Source: Octopus bimaculoides (lineage: Eukaryota). From it: a stretch of DNA of 64,000 nucleotides. Position numbers and translations under genes: made by a program. Location of the stretch: assembly GCF_001194135.2 (NCBI RefSeq), contig NC_068990.1, positions 16,668,588 through 16,732,587 of the forward strand, written 5' to 3'. Positions 1 through 10,703 of the stretch are shown piece by piece. The notes under the pieces are model-generated. The model saw only the letters and a list, made by a program, of their open reading frames with translations. It was not told the DNA's origin and ran no database searches. Every line of letters starts with the position of its first letter. The first letter of the stretch is position 1.

Positions 1-35
<35 letters not shown>

Positions 36-86
36 TACATATATCTCAAAACAGGAGACTGGAAAAAAAAACTGTTGGTATTATTT

Positions 87-192
87 ATTCACCATTACAC
101 GTGTTTCATTTGTTAATAGGAGTTACAAAATTGTACATGCAGAGAAAAACATGTAAGGTATCTCCTAGTTAGAAATTCTTCAGACAGAGAAT
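87..192 (-). ncRNA. Type I hammerhead ribozyme fold with long branched stem II
   Basis: Minus strand: AUUCUCUGU-CUGAAGA-[AUUU..UAGGAG..UACAUG/CAUGUA..CUCCUA..AAAU]-GAAAC-ACGU-GUA-AUGGUGAAU. Core, GUA cleavage triplet and stem I (8 of 9 pairs, incl. G-U) are all present. Confidence 0.7.
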
Positions 193-213
193 CAAACAAT
201 AATCAAATAATTT

Positions 214-321
214 GATTCTCTGTTTGAAGAATTTCTAAATAGGAGATACCTTAGCTCTTTTATTTCTACATATACAAACTTGTAACTTCTGTTAGCAAAT
301 GAAACACATGTAATGATGAAT
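214..321 (+). ncRNA. Second, mutated hammerhead copy on the opposite arm of the foldback
   Basis: Same fold on plus strand, but core reads UUGAAGA (C3U) and the stem III palindrome is ACAUGU; probably inactive. Confidence 0.5.
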
Positions 322-324
322 ATA

Positions 325-556
325 CAGGGTTGGCCAAAAGTCACCCGACAGTAAATCAAAATTCCATAAATACTATCTGTAATTCTGTATTAATTCGAAT
401 GGAAAAATGTGTCACTCAAGAAGGACTTCAGTTTGAACAATTTTCATCATGTTCATACTTAGATGCTTTTATTAAATTTATTCAGCTTTTAAACATAAAT
501 AAATCTTGGAATTAAATGGTTTTGATTTACTGTCAGGTGACTTTTGGCCAATCATG
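325..556. mobile_element. Tc1/mariner-type MITE
   Basis: ~37-bp TIRs (CAGGGTTGGCCAAAAGTCACCCGACAGTAAATCAAAA / TTTTGATTTACTGTCAGGTGACTTTTGGCCAATCATG) flanked by TA on both sides. Confidence 0.9.
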
Positions 557-1106
557 TATGATATCAAAATTTTTTTTAATCTCCTGCCTTGATATGTCAT
601 TACTCAGCAAATACTATTTTTCAGTATTTTTCAACTCTTATGCAAATCTCACACAATTACATCCACATACAACTTTGGAATACTAGAATATGCAAATGTG
701 CTTTCCACACGCGCACACGCACACACACATACACATTAAAATACGCGCGCGCTCACACACTCACACATACACACACGCATATACAGATATTCTCCTACCA
801 AACGTATACATACTATAACAGCTGATAACTGAATTTTTTTCTTTTAGATTTAGCCCATTAGAAATGTTCTGAAAGACTATGAATATCGACGAACCTCCGA
901 CAGAACAAGAAAGGGTATCTGAGACGTATTGGCAAACTTCAAGAAAATTTGTGCGGCGAACGAGTTGTGAGATACGAATTTCAAAATCAAGCAGCCATGA
1001 TATTGTCATGCGTGTGTGTGTCTGTCCATGCCTGTGTGTCAGTCCATGCGTGTGTGTAAATAATCGTTTAGTCAGGAGAGAAGGCAGAACCTATGGACCT
1101 TTTAAT

Positions 1107-1363
1107 CAGTGGTTCTCAAATTGGATCCATATGATCCTTGGGGCTCTATATAAGATTTTGTTGTTAGAATTTATCTGCAATAAATTGGTCATATTTCTAC
1201 AGAACACAAACTATTTTTAACTATTTTTCTTATACAATTCCTAATAATATTTAATTATAAAAGTATGATAGGATTTTTAAAAACATTGAATGGTTATGAG
1301 GGGGCTATCCCAGTAAAATAGGGATCAAAGGGGTCCATAAGTAAAAATGGTTGAGAACCACAG
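1107..1363. mobile_element. hAT-type MITE
   Basis: TIRs CAGTGGTTCTCAA / TTGAGAACCACAG; imperfect 8-bp flanks CTTTTAAT / CTTTAAAC. Confidence 0.75.
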
Positions 1364-1632
1364 CTTTAAACAATCTCTAAGATTGGTGGGAGGAAGGGGA
1401 GACAGTATCCTCAAACCGGAAGTCGCTCTTGAATGCTTGCAACAGATTGGTGACTAAAGATACTCAAGATAACAGATGGTGGGGTTAAGCCAGATGACCA
1501 GTTAAATCTATCACCCAAGTAGGCATAAGTGCGGGAATGAAATTTGCTTAGAGGGTGCAAACTCAGGTCCAAAGTTTATGACAAACGAAGTCGAATTCTT
1601 CAATCTTAATATCAAAGCAAAAACAGGTATAA

Positions 1633-1955
1633 TAGTCCTTTCTACTATAGGCACAAGGCTTGAAATTAGGGGGAGGGGGATAGTCAATTACATCGACCCC
1701 AGTACCCAACTGGTACTTAATTTATCGACCCCGAAAGATGGAAGGCAAAGCCGACCTCGGCGGAATGAAAACAGGTTTAATAATAATGGTACGTCAATCA
1801 AATCAGATAAACCCAATAATCTTTTGTACTCTAGGTACAAGGCCCGAAATTTTGGGGGAGGGGGCCAGTCGATTAGATCGACCCCGGTGGCCAACTGGTA
1901 CTTAATTTATTGACCCCGAAAGGATGAAAGGCAAAGTCGACCTCGGCGGAATGAA
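1633..1955 (-). mobile_element. Two tandem 3' fragments of SINE family B
   Basis: 1633-1770 and 1820-1955 are reverse complements of the family seen in full at 29731-29945 and 32935-33145. Confidence 0.85.
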
Positions 1956-2366
1956 CACAAGTATAATAATAATGGTACATCAATCAAATCAGATAAAACC
2001 AATAAATGGAAAAGTAATGTTTCAAATCAGTTCAGAAATGACTCTACGCTCGTTCGTTTTGGGGATTAAGTTTTTCAGAAGGATGTTCAAAACATTTTCA
2101 GGCCCCCCTCCCCCAACAATCACCTCAATAATTTTTTGAGGGTGCGCTTACACCTCTGCACCTCCTGTTCTCGAGTCTATGAAAATAGATCAATGTAGAA
2201 GTCGTACTCAGAATGTAAATTACCGGAACAAAAACCACAAAGTATCCTGTTTGACGTTCAAACCAATTCCATGAATCTCCTACCTTTGGATTGGTACCAT
2301 TTTTAGTGACCCTGAAAGAATGAAAGGCAAAGCTGATATTGGCGTGATTTGAACTCAGAACTCAGA

Positions 2367-2521
2367 GGCGCGGGAGTGGCTGTGTGGTAAGAAGCTTGCT
2401 TCCCAACCACATGGTTCCGGGTTCAGTCTCACTGTGTGGTACTTTGGGCAAATGTCTTCTACTCGGGACCACCAAAGCCTTGTGAGTGAATTTGGTAGAC
2501 GGAAACTGAAAGAAGCCCGTC

Positions 2522-2573
<52 letters not shown>

Positions 2574-2786
2574 ATGTATATTTTTTGTGTCTGTGTTTGT
2601 CCCCCTCCACCATCGCTTGACAACCGATGTTGATGTGTTTACGTCCCCGTAACATAGTGGTTCGGCAAAAGAGACCGATAGAATAAGTACTAGGCTTACA
2701 GAGAATAAGTCCTGGGTTCGATTTGCTCGACTAAAGGTGGTGCTCCAGCATGGCAGCAGTCAAATGACTGAAGCAAGTAAAAGAAA
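2367..2786 (+). mobile_element. tRNA-derived SINE family A (CORE-type, internal TA/TG microsatellite)
   Basis: Head GTGGCTGTGTGGTAAG...GGGTTCAGTC, CORE-like TTGGGCAAATGTCTT, microsatellite, tail ending GTAAAAGA; many related copies in window. Confidence 0.85.
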
Positions 2787-3297
2787 TGTAGAAAGTTGGG
2801 AAAACCGCCGTGAAGAATTCCATCCGCTGATTTAACGACTGCGCATGCGCACATGTAAGCAACGAAACAATTTTGCTTTTCTTTGGTGGAGCATTGGTGG
2901 AATTGTTAGCGATCCGGACAAAATACTTTGCGGCATTTCTTCTGGCTCTTTACATTCTGAGTTCAAATCCCGTCGAAATCTGCAGTTCATCCTTACAGGG
3001 TTGATGACATCGACTAAACCCCTTCTCCTAAAATTGCTGGCCTTGGGCCAAAATTTGAAACCATTACTTGAAGAGACTATACCTTGATGTCAGTAGATTC
3101 ATGGACATCAAACCCGTGGTCCACAGCAGAAAAATTCCACCGTCAAATATTCTCTACCTTTTCTTGTAGAGAGTACCACAAGTGTAACCAAGTTCTAAAG
3201 TTAAAGGCAGCGAGCACATAAATATAGGCGTCATGACACATATCAACTAATTCTTAACTCACTTCTTTTATATTACGCGAAATATTTCATTAGTTCG

Positions 3298-3674
3298 TCG
3301 TCGTGGTACTCTGTCGCTTTACGACGTCGAGGGTTCCAGTTGATCCGATCAACGGAACAGCCTGCTCGCTCGTGAAATTAACGTGTAAGTGGCTGAGCAC
3401 TCCACAGACATGTGTACCGTTAACGTAGTTCTCGGGGAGATTCAGCGTGATACAGTGACAAGGCTGGCCCTTTGAAATACAGGTACAACAGAAACATAGA
3501 GCGAGAGAAAGTTGTGGTGAAAAAGAACAGCAGGGTTCGCCACCCACCTTGCCGGAACCTCGTGGAGCTTTAGGTGTTTTCGCTCAATAAACACTCACAA
3601 CGCCCGGTCTAGGATTCGAAATCGCGATCCAACGACCGCGAGTCCGCTGTCCTAACTACCGGGCCATTGCGCCT
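3298..3674 (-). mobile_element. tRNA-derived SINE family C
   Basis: Minus-strand head AGGCGCAATGGCCCGGTAGTTAGG...TTCGAATCC; body shared with 18765-19040, 30133-30445 and 56890-57190. Confidence 0.85.
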
Positions 3675-5052
3675 ATGCTTTTCATTAGTTATAATACACA
3701 TAATTGTATTCTATATTCACTAATTTTATGTTTCAGTAACAATGTTATTATGTATGAAACTTACATCTACTGATATAGGTGTGATGTAAAAAACAAAAAA
3801 AAGTTGAAATTCCGCGGGATTGTCCAGTGTCGAGAGGTTATGACGTCAGGGTTCGTTTCGGTTCTTCATATGTCAGCAGCCACCAGCACATCACAGAAGA
3901 TTAAGCGAACAGTTCAAAAACACGGGAGGNNNNNNNNNNNNNNNNNNNNNNNNNNNNNNNNNNNNNNNNNNNNNNNNNNNNNNNNNNNNNNNNNNNNNNN
4001 NNNNNNNNNNNNNNNNNNNNNNNNNNNNNNNNNNNNNNNNNNNNNNNNNNNNNNNNNNNNNNNNNNNNNNNNNNNNNNNNNNNNNNNNNNNNNNNNNNNN
4101 NNNNNNNNNNNNNNNNNNNNNNNNNNNNNNNNNNNNNNAAAAAAAAAAAAAAAAAAAAAAATCGTCTTTTATCGTATAAGTGAACCAAAGAGTTAAAAAA
4201 AATTTGTTAAGTAGACGCCAATTTCGAAAAATGTGCTCGGGGGTGGGGTTGATCGCTCCCCTTGGTTTCCCATTAGCTACGTCATTGCAGTATACACTGG
4301 TCTGCGTTGATTGTTATGATCACCGAACTGTATTATCACAGATCAATCCGTGATGAGTGTAACATGGATAACAATTTAGCGAACTGATCAGTGATGAATG
4401 AATCAGTGATTAAACGAGGCTAACTCAATTAACAGTCGGCTGGATGCTCTGAAAGTTTTGTAGCTAGATCAAGGAATGAGGTGGAAATATTTAGGCTATT
4501 TCTTCTACTGGTAAGAAAGAGATTTTATTTTCCAGTGAAGGACAGATTGTATGATGTTTGCATACGAAGGCAATGTTGCATGGTAGCAACACATGAGCCC
4601 TGAATGCAGAAAATGTGTGAAGACGAGAAAGAAATGAGGCGAGCAATCATCGCTGGAAGGGTGATTTTGGTATACATAAACGTAGGAGTACAAATTCACC
4701 GAGAGAAAAAAATATGGGTATAAGAGAAATTAAATGTGGTGACCAAGAAAGAACCTGTAAGGGAAGATAGTTGGATAAAAGGGATCTTTTTTAAAACGGG
4801 GGCCACATTTTTCATTAATGTTTTACGTAGTGTTTTTGGTACCGAAAGACTTTCAAACTTCGTATACTTATCTATTTTGTGTTATAGAACAGAAAAATAT
4901 TTTTGTATTCGAATTTATTTCATGTAAAAAATTGTCTTATTTCGATAATTTCAACCAATCACTGACGTCCACTCAGCCGATATACATTAAGTGCCGACTA
5001 CATAAACAAACGATTCTTCGTTTTATTTGCTTTTTTCATTTTAAATTTGCTT

Positions 5053-5112
5053 TAACCCTAACCCTAAGCCTAAGCCTAACCCTAACCCTAACTCTAACCC
5101 TAGGGTTAGGGT
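5053..5112. repeat. Interstitial telomere-like repeat (CCCTAA)n switching to (TTAGGG)n
   Basis: About eight CCCTAA/GCCTAA/CTCTAA units, a CCCTAGGG palindromic pivot, then TTAGGG units running into an N gap. Confidence 0.8.
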
Positions 5113-5950
5113 NNNNNNNNNNNNNNNNNNNNNNNNNNNNNNNNNNNNNNNNNNNNNNNNNNNNNNNNNNNNNNNNNNNNNNNNNNNNNNNNNNNNNNNN
5201 NNNNNNNNNNNNNNNNNNNNNNNNNNNNNNNNNNNNNNNNNNNNNNNNNNNNNNNNNNNNNNNNNNNNNNNNNNNNNNNNNNNNNNNNNNNNNNNNNNNN
5301 NNNNNNNNNNNNNNNNNNNNNNNNNNNNNNNNNNNNNNNNNNNNNNNNNNNNNNNNNNNNNNNNNNNNNNNNNNNNNNNNNNNNNNNNNNNNNNNNNNNN
5401 NNNNNNNNNNNNNNNNNNNNNNNNNNNNNNNNNNNNNNNNNNNNNNNNNNNNNNNNNNNNNNNNNNNNNNNNNATGAGTGCAACGCAAGTATACTGTGAA
5501 CCGACAACATAATGTACGTTGATGACACATATATATATCATACGGAGCGTAATAAGAGATTATGTACATGACAAGGGAACAAGAAATTATGTAATGAAAA
5601 AGTATGCAATGAAGTTCATTACGTGATTTCTTATTCTCTTCTCATTTATATAAATACTCGATTAACACTTTTCTCAGAAGTTTATGTATATTAAGTTCTA
5701 ATACCAGGTTATTAGTATCGCTATGTTGAAGTGAAATATTAAAATGCATACATACATGCATGCATACATACATACATGCATACATACATACATGCATACA
5801 TACATACATGCATGCATACAACATGATTAGATAAATGTGATACATAATTACTTAATTTAGATTTAATCAAAAGCTGTGTTTACTCAAATCACAAGGTGAA
5901 TTATGTATATATTACATAACATTATATATATATTTAACACAACATAGTAA

Positions 5951-6013
<63 letters not shown>

Positions 6014-6598
6014 CATTTAAACGATGACTTTTGTCTAACCATTGAGGTACAAAGAACCGAATAAACGACTCCGACGTACATGTTTTAGATGTCGGGGTCA
6101 TGGAGAGGAGACGATGATTCAGTTCCTTTCGAATTACCAAGCAACTCCAAACTGCTTCTGCTTCGTTTCTCATTTTCTTTTATTTGCTATTTGACGTGAC
6201 ATAATTCCTGTACAGTTAGCCTGTACATCAGGCTTGCTGCCCGCTGCACAAACTTACTATACAGAAGGAACTATGACTAAGACAAACACCCGATTTGAAA
6301 CAAAATTTCACACATATATTACTCTTCCAAATCCTCCATTTTCAACAAATCACCCAGTTCACTAAACACACGTTTTATCAGCATTCACTTTAACACATAT
6401 AGATGGATGGCTACCTTACGTGACGTGATGTATCTGTAATTTAGACTGGATGTCAAGGCCATCCTTTCTAACACAATACTGCAGTCGAAGGCACACTGCA
6501 ACGACTGGTTGACACGTTTTAAAAGTTTAGTCCTTTAAAATATTTTGTCTTACATTCCACCGGATGTCCACCACCAAGTACACTTGGTTGAGGGTATT

Positions 6599-6638
<40 letters not shown>

Positions 6639-7687
6639 CAATGTTCCTGCTCCAACGTGCATGTAAATGTATATGGAATAGGAAGCTCTTACTTGAAACT
6701 TGCGATGTTGTAGTCTGGTCATCTTTTTTTCCTTTGTTCGTTTGTTGTTACTTTCGCATATTTTTGAAGGGGCGACTCGTTTCACATTTTTAGTGGAGTC
6801 ACTTGTGTCATACATTTTTAGAGGGGCTACTCTGGCTGCAGACCTTTAGAGGGGCCATTCGAGTCGCAAAAGCAGTCACCACAATAAAATTTGACACGCG
6901 CCTCCTTTTTTGCGAACAGTTTTTTTGTTTTATCCTTCTGTTTACTTTTCAGCGCAAGTCAAGATTTAGACTTCTTGGAACTACAAACAGGAAACGGACC
7001 TTTTGTGGCAGCAAGAGGCTATCATGTGCTTCAGTGACAATGAAATACCGTCATTCTATAGTTTCCTCACTCATGAAGGCATATGGAAGGTATAACATAG
7101 GCGGGAACAGTTGCAATTCCCCGGGTGCGTCCTTTGTTGGAGTGCATCGATGCAAGGAACATAGAGTCTTATCCATACAATTCTGGTTGATTTAAGTACA
7201 ACGATTTTAGTTAATTTGAGCGAGATAGTTACACACTGACTATACTCAACGACTCAACAGGTAGTCGGTGCTATGAATTATATCTGCGAGAATTAAACAA
7301 ACGAGATATGGGATTCAAATATAACACATAAATTATGGAATATTTACCACACATGACTTGTAGTTGTTTCGTTGACTATTAACCTCATCAGCAGCTGTTG
7401 ACCAAAAGGCAATCAATCATTTAACCACTTAGCAACACTATATAGATGTTGTGGACGTCACGAGTGGTTGGTTATAAAAGTTGACCAAGAACTGGACAGA
7501 AGAACGAAGCTGTCATTTCATATATTATGCATGGCACTGAGTACAAAATGTTAACAATAGGGTCGAAGGAAATAGCTCAGGGTCGTGTTCTGCATATTAA
7601 GTATCAGTTGGGTGTCACGTATGTAATCCAGTAAATTGAAAAGCTTCAATAGCCTACTGAGATTATCCAAGAGTTGCCAGTCAAATA

Positions 7688-7847
7688 CAGTGGCGTAGCT
7701 AGAGTATGTGCCGCCCAGGTGCAGCCCTTGAATTTGAAGACCCTCACCCCTATATAAGCATATACAGCTGACTCTAAAATGCTGCCCTCATAAAAGCGTC
7801 GCCTGAGTAAGACCACCCCATCATCCCTCCTCCGTAGCTGTGCTACA
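7688..7847. mobile_element. Short non-autonomous DNA element (CAGTGGCGTAGCTAG terminus)
   Basis: Left terminus intact; right terminus (GTAGCTGTGCTACA) degenerate. Related termini near 4273-4286 and 22391-22450. Confidence 0.45.
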
Positions 7848-8434
7848 AGTTAACTAATCTCTGTAGGGGGTGGTCATAATTAAAAACGAAAAAGGAATGA
7901 GAGACCGTTGCAGTAAGATTAGTGGATCGAAGTCATTGGATAACATAGATAATGTAGATTGGTGTGAATCGAGTCTTTAAAGATAATCGGCGAAAGTAAC
8001 AGATATATTTCAGTCTTATTGTACTTCTTTAGTGCATCATAAAACCAAATCTCCTCCAAAACGGCAATGCTTATATTGTCAAAAATTTTGATAAAATTTG
8101 ATCAGAACTTTTGATCAAACTGCTCTTTTTTTCTTTTTTTAAATTCATATAGATTTTAAACACCTTTAAAAGGAGTTCCTGTTTAGAAATTGCAAAGATA
8201 ACTTCAACTGAATAAAGTTTTCCAACTTGGTGTACCTGCTTGTGAGGTCGTACTAAGTCGATGTGTATGTATATAAGTGAAGTAGAGCGAGAGGGAGTAG
8301 GAGGAACAGCCATTGTTAAGTCACATAAATATGTAAGGTGTTGTGTAAGAAAAAAATGAAAGCTAAGACAACTTGAAAAAACTGATTGGGTTAGGGAGGA
8401 GTAGGGCAGCTGTATTACGCATGGTTGGTATCAT

Positions 8435-8456
8435 TGTACAAAAGTTCATACATATG

Positions 8457-8497
<41 letters not shown>

Positions 8498-8603
8498 AAA
8501 TACACACGCACAAATATACGCACACACAAGTATGCTTTTGTATGTTTCTTATGTACATATGTGTATTATGTATGTTTATATCTATCATATATATATATAT
8601 ATT

Positions 8604-8642
<39 letters not shown>

Positions 8643-9197
8643 TGTAGACACATGGGTGTATTTACATATTTATACACGCACACATACACTGTGCTTGTGC
8701 GCACACACACACGTATGTACATACATACATTCATTCATACATACATACATACACACACATATAATAGAGAGATAGGTAGAAAGATAGATAGATAGATAGA
8801 TTAGATTAAATTAGATCTTACACGCATACATACATACGCATTACATATGGGAGTTTTATGTTTTATGCGTTTTTAAATAACGTCTCTGAAACGTATAATG
8901 TATATATGCATGAATGCATACAAATACGTACATACATATATAGATATGGTGATGCAAACAGGAAAAATAACTCAAAATAAGTGTATATGTATTTTATTAT
9001 TAGTATTTAGCAGAAGTAATCGAGTGACTCAATGGCCGAGAGTTTCGTGCGTTGGGCACCTATCAAACTCATACGTGTATATGTACATACATAAATACAT
9101 ACATACATACATAATGTGAGTGAATGCATCTATCTATCTATCTATCATCCATCTCTCTCTCTGTCTCTTTCTTTCTTTCTTTCTTTCTCTCTCTCTC

Positions 9198-9246
<49 letters not shown>

Positions 9247-9369
9247 CATTTCATTTCATTTCAAAGTTTCAGCTCAGAGCTGCGGCCATGCTGATGCACC
9301 ACAATACAAAAATATATATGCATGTATACACACATATATGTACATACTTACATCTCCATGTGTATACAC

Positions 9370-9400
<31 letters not shown>

Positions 9401-9620
9401 CTTTTACTATCATTATATGTATCAATGTGAGTTTGTGTGTACGTATTTAAAACATGAACATCCATAAACTCATTTTGTGTGTACGCTGTATGTATTATTT
9501 GCAATATATGGAGAGAGAAACAGAGAGAGAAACAGAGAGAGAGGGAGAGGGAGAGAGAGACGGGGGGGGGACGTAGCCATATGTCTAACCATGCATGTGT
9601 ATACGTATGTGCATATTTGT
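8435..9620. repeat. Compound microsatellite cluster (TG, TA, CATA, GATA, CT, GA)
   Basis: Directly visible simple repeats; similar clusters recur throughout the window (e.g. 5745-6010, 13540-13650, 14210-14345, 22165-22385, 24485-24590, 53280-53700, 58720-59150). Confidence 0.95.
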
Positions 9621-9904
9621 ATGTGTGTGTGCGTTTGTGTTTGTAGACAGTGAGATGTAGGCGGAGTCGGGGTGGTAGTGAGTCGCCTAAGTAATTCCGG
9701 AGCAAGTACGTTGCCTTGGTAGTCACATGACAGGCAAGTATGGCGCACCAACCGCTTCGTTTGTCACCACTACACTCTACATGAAGCGGCGTGTCGTCCG
9801 ACTTGTTCTTACACACACACATATATAGACGTAAATATGTATATACAGGTTCTTTTCCCTCTCGTCTGCTTACCTTATGGATTTATCACTCATATTGGAT
9901 CAGG

Positions 9905-10590
9905 TAAATGTCTACTCTTTTCTACATCATCGAGTCATATTATCCATTCATTTATTTACAACTTTCTTTCTTACAACATGTTTTATACTTTCTTTGTCCC
10001 TCTCTCTTTCTCCGTCTGTCTACAGCTTCGTTTTCCCTCATTATTTTTGTTTCTGTCTCTCTAGATCTTCGCTTTCTCCTCGTTATTCCTTTCCCTCTTT
10101 CTCTTTTTATCTTCTCTCTCCTCGTTATTTCTGTCCTTTTTCTTTTATCTTCCTTCTCTTTATATCTTGTTTCCCTTCGTTATTGCTATCTCCTTTCTTT
10201 CTCTTTTGTCCTCTTTTTCTCTCGCTCTCCCTGCTTGTCTATATCATCTCTTTTCCTTGTATCACTTTCTCCTTTCTTTCTCTTCTTATCCTCCTTCTCT
10301 CTTTTTCCTATCATATCCATTCCTAAACTCATCTCTTTTTCTCCTTCCCACCTTACACTGCCCAGTCACTATTAATCTATATTTTCTCTTTCTCACCCAT
10401 ACTTTCTTTTTCTCCACCTCTCCCTTCTCTTTCTCTTTACTTTACCCTCTCCGTCTTCATCCTTCCATTTCTTTATTTCCTTCCCGATTTTCTCTTTCTT
10501 TTTCCGTCTCGGTGCCTCTTGATGTGTGTGTTACCATTTCTCTTTGGTTCTTACTCTCTTTCTTGTTTTCGCTTTTCTGTCTTTAAATTT
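9905..10590. repeat. Long polypyrimidine/polypurine low-complexity tract
   Basis: ~680 bp almost entirely C/T on plus strand, without a fixed period. Confidence 0.9.
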
Positions 10591-10671
10591 GCTAATTTCC
10601 TCGCCTTTTATTTTTAATTAGAAAATATTTAATCCTCATTTCTCACAATATTGTTTGTGTATATCTCTCTG

Positions 10672-10703
<32 letters not shown>

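Larger units (their letters stand above)
42..598. mobile_element. Foldback (inverted-repeat) element, probable inverted pair of PLE terminal repeats; right arm split by a mariner MITE
   Basis: 155-196 is the reverse complement of 211-252 (2 mismatches) around a 14-nt CAATAATCAAATAA spacer. Complementarity continues 86-154 vs 253-322, and again ~42-85 vs ~557-598 once the MITE is removed. Confidence 0.8.

Noticed and set aside
855-915. Candidate exon PIRNVLKDYEYRRTSDRTRK
   Set aside because: Needs the second of two adjacent acceptors and a weak donor; no partner exon identified.
3869-3929. Possible gene start MSAATSTSQKIKRTVQKHGR after a TGACGTCA site
   Set aside because: Runs into an N gap after 20 codons, and a MITE-like terminus follows the gap; cannot be supported.
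7355-7391. Hammerhead-like core on the minus strand (CUGAUGA..GAAAC..GUC)
   Set aside because: Stem I does not pair and stem II is only 3 bp; at best a dead relic.
9700-9822. Ankyrin-like NKSDDTPLHV peptide on the minus strand
   Set aside because: Only a short word matches, the following helix pattern is absent, and the ORF starts and ends in microsatellites.
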